The translations under genes were made by a program, and so were the position numbers. This document shows positions 63,201-64,000 of a stretch of 64,000 nt of DNA, one piece after another. Origin of the DNA: Pelagomonas calceolata (Eukaryota); NCBI GenBank assembly GCA_918797485.1, contig CAKKNE010000001.1, positions 4,402,001-4,466,000 on the forward strand. Reading direction: 5' to 3'. Every line of letters begins with the position of its first letter. Position 1 is the first letter of the stretch. The notes beneath the pieces were generated by a model, which saw only the letters and a program-made list of their open reading frames with translations, made no database searches and was not told where the DNA came from.

Positions 63201-63542
63201 TCCGACGCGGACTGGATGGCCAAGTACTTCTTCGCGGGCGGTACCATGCCTTCGGCCGATTTATTTGTTCATTTTGCGGCGCGGAAAGATGCGCCCGTCG
63301 CGCTCGTGGACCACTGGCGGAACAGCGGCGTGCATTACGCGTTGACGGCGGAAGGCTGGCTCCAGAACATGGACGCCAACGCGGCGGAAGTCAGAGAGAT
63401 ATTAAAGGAGGCCTACCCTGAAAATGAGACGGAGCTCTGGTTCCACCGCTGGCGCGCCTTTTACCTCGCGTGCGTCGAACTCTTCGGCTACGACGGCGGC
63501 CAGGAGTGGTGCATCGGGCACTACCTCTTCGAGAAGCGGTGA
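57234..63542 (+). CDS. 2102-aa six-domain fatty-acid-modifying fusion: cyt b5, desaturase, DUF1365, FAD oxidoreductase, CFA-type methyltransferase, second SAM methyltransferase
   Basis: HPGG; HDASH / HVLGHH / QVEHHLFP; YDGTVVHAR..FGYVFNPIS..KKMHVSPF; IIGSGIAG..GAWCGFGFHEDG; NIAAHYDLSN..LEIGCGWG..WRYYLDYCEAGF; ANEQHYEV..LDCGCGWG..SIEMFEHMKNY..ELFGYDGGQEW. Confidence 0.93.
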   Translation: MGRGGQRPPSPATLAAIVPPLRDDELQHYTVLEGAAYDLRKLGDRHPGGALALTFAGGRDLSRTWAGLHGFADPQKTRAWLTHMRVRDKELERRIVRRAKPDAYSEGDNVSAHLARIEREASSFNELSQKGRVPPSEPPSHLIERDLGGELGTRVRWLFRRKAHASKTSLNAATKAPTAYWPWLIVVVTAFLASYVSWCRGSYVGLIALGPLGQLLAFAVMHDASHYAISTKRWVNVALAYAGVAYTSPHEWTLQHVLGHHVAPNVEGEDPDVVHARRYMKALTGVGKAFDALLVWLVALPAAITLLAPVRVRKNDGVYPASTVHEGERSMIRHVAHFAGRLIHALAFFLWPFYVYSPLTAVTWVLIPACSGSLVFMAVTQVAHLLEATIEGPSNAPRSWASQQIANACDFAPDSPLVARLTGGLNRQVEHHLFPTVHHSHLPELSSIVQDVTKRRGLDHHVLPSATKALGDHLAFLRSLEEAPPLPVVYDGTVVHARAPIANEPRHRFSASHAMWLLPLDDPEAMRTLEKGCIRWRAADHLRSRPGERKTPKDVADAVRSLCRERGGSLKRVDSPDSVIKHFQGSRRTGLGSVSLLTMPRTFGYVFNPISVYYVRDANDKPAYVVFEVSNTPWLEETLYVHPVNTKDTYEDMKKMHVSPFQPMGQMYKWTAPFPSENVSLRVDVSRNDKPYFVATFDGAASTAPSTTLGRVRTALKLTPHTAVLLIHAHAALLLAKGAKFYPHPSGVKTAMSRCIEVIYHSRYRLLAYYLLRRLHAPQYLIATAAVSVLQRAASVLSRKSSSKNVSSKDTKDVPFEMVESPKNNSTPMLATEENLAGNATGKRVAIIGSGIAGNGAAYLLKKRGVDVTVFEASSIPGGHALTVEVEGRAVDVGFQVFNLANYPRLSKLFDELGVQHVQSDMSLSCEGTQCWSSKNPLVGCLLSPSKLWQRLSLLMEILKFEKKCKQLLQSEEDPSLSIQEWLNENNFSERLAREYCEPMVGAIWSRTQGDVLDEFPILGVAQFLANHYMLDRSRPAWRTPRLRSQDYVTKLVEKVGRDAYRLSSRVRAVHKDRSNKWLIESDSPTALAFDAVILACDAPTASTILGDQAPDLLKQLKVTQNDVCVHRDASLMPSDRNAWAAWNCRPNGVLTYWANVLQPGVDDQDLFITLNGSTPAPLWRRTLQHPVLDAASQKWRESLPSLQGNEGIYFAGAWCGFGFHEDGLKSAYDAVDALCGTTTPIARSPFVASSSLTKTALRCVCRGARALAARTADKTRPRPEIVLTLPEGLDLIAADAVSSKERVEVRILDGRAAWRLLADPSMGLAEGYMEGSLDLKPSIRAVLHAALKCKNKDAGDSPQNVASRSLLTVGKRFTDVIQHAFNANTKSGSLKNIAAHYDLSNAFYELWLDETLTYSSALYDDHEPYLRREGLLVDDGRRGTVDEDASDDVLAAAQRRKLDSLLDKAGVRDGDRILEIGCGWGSLALRCTERFPNCEYVAITISREQLNEASQRLEGKSNARVVFCDYRDARDKLGLFDRVLSCEMIEAVGHAFLPSYFSAIHACLKGGGSASLQIITVPDERYASYIKGSDFIRKHVFPGSSLVCLEAVKKALPKLGSLALRLDDAATLSMGVSYARTLRAWRVRFDAVEDQVSKLGFDDVFVRKWRYYLDYCEAGFACGHIDVKQIRLEKTDESLAREATEGAHGSKPISVKDMTIKAVKGVATTAFERGLLPDFVTRYGIRQLSAQQLRHCDDAGRAANNGEAGLAGSQEKLRETIQALLEAPVAVCTSEANEQHYEVDARFYGLCLGPHRKYSACLYEGAEPKWPGNKLQKDAARLLPKAEKDSLDQVAARGDITQATKAILDCGCGWGSASLYLADRFRNAQVVGVSNSHSQRRYIMGQAQERGLTNLQIVTLDLSKEPLTKALDALQSRLPGQYFERGVSIEMFEHMKNYKALFEKITAVLQDQGRFFVHVFCHRQYAYHFVAKSDADWMAKYFFAGGTMPSADLFVHFAARKDAPVALVDHWRNSGVHYALTAEGWLQNMDANAAEVREILKEAYPENETELWFHRWRAFYLACVELFGYDGGQEWCIGHYLFEKR

Positions 63543-64000
63543 CGCTTTTTTCTCGTGGGGTCTAAGTTTACATATTGTACTTCTTGTCGCGGCGCGCGTG
63601 ACCAACGAAAAACGGAGAACTGCGTTCCGCCGACCTCACGAAGCTTCCGTAGACGGCCTGGGACGTCCGGAGACCTCGCGATAGCCTCGTGATAGTGTGC
63701 GGGATTTAATTGTTTGATTTGACCCGAGGGCCGAGACTGCCGTGACCGCGCTGTGTGCCGTGACCGCGGCGCGCATTTGGAATTGATTCTAATCAGGGCC
63801 ACCGCGCACCTGTCCGCACCTCACGCAGCCCGCGTGCGGCATCGCTGTCGCACCTTCTGGGCGCTGTGATCCTCGGAGCCCCAGAGCCCAGTTTGACCTA
63901 CAAACTGCTGCGTATTTGCAACGAGCAGGCATCGCGCAACACGAGCGCAGCCACATTCACAATGCGGCGCGTCGCCCCCAATTACGCCTTCCTGGCAGCC

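Overview
GC-rich, gene-dense eukaryotic nuclear DNA. Signal peptides followed by ASAF-like plastid-targeting motifs, TIR/8-bp-TSD introner introns and repeated MYND-RING-TPR genes point to a pelagophyte alga (Pelagomonas/Aureococcus-like; this is inference). The window holds about 40 protein genes, including ARF1, two EF-1alpha copies, beta-tubulin, TPI, lycopene cyclase, SLX1, RNase H1, HSF and ClpP. Two loci stand out. (1) A 5-exon cyclophilin gene (48697-51031) has three spliceosomal introns that share a 5' end and carry 11 sense-strand tRNA genes. Five of these tRNAs are interrupted by archaeal-type bulge-helix-bulge-like introns in the D-loop or T-arm, and there are orphan tRNA-Trp halves in permuted order. 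(2) A 2102-aa ORF (57234-63542) fuses cytochrome b5, a desaturase, DUF1365, an FAD oxidoreductase, a CFA-type methyltransferase and a second methyltransferase. This resembles the bacterial furan-fatty-acid pathway in one polypeptide. All calls come from reading the sequence by eye; no searches were run.
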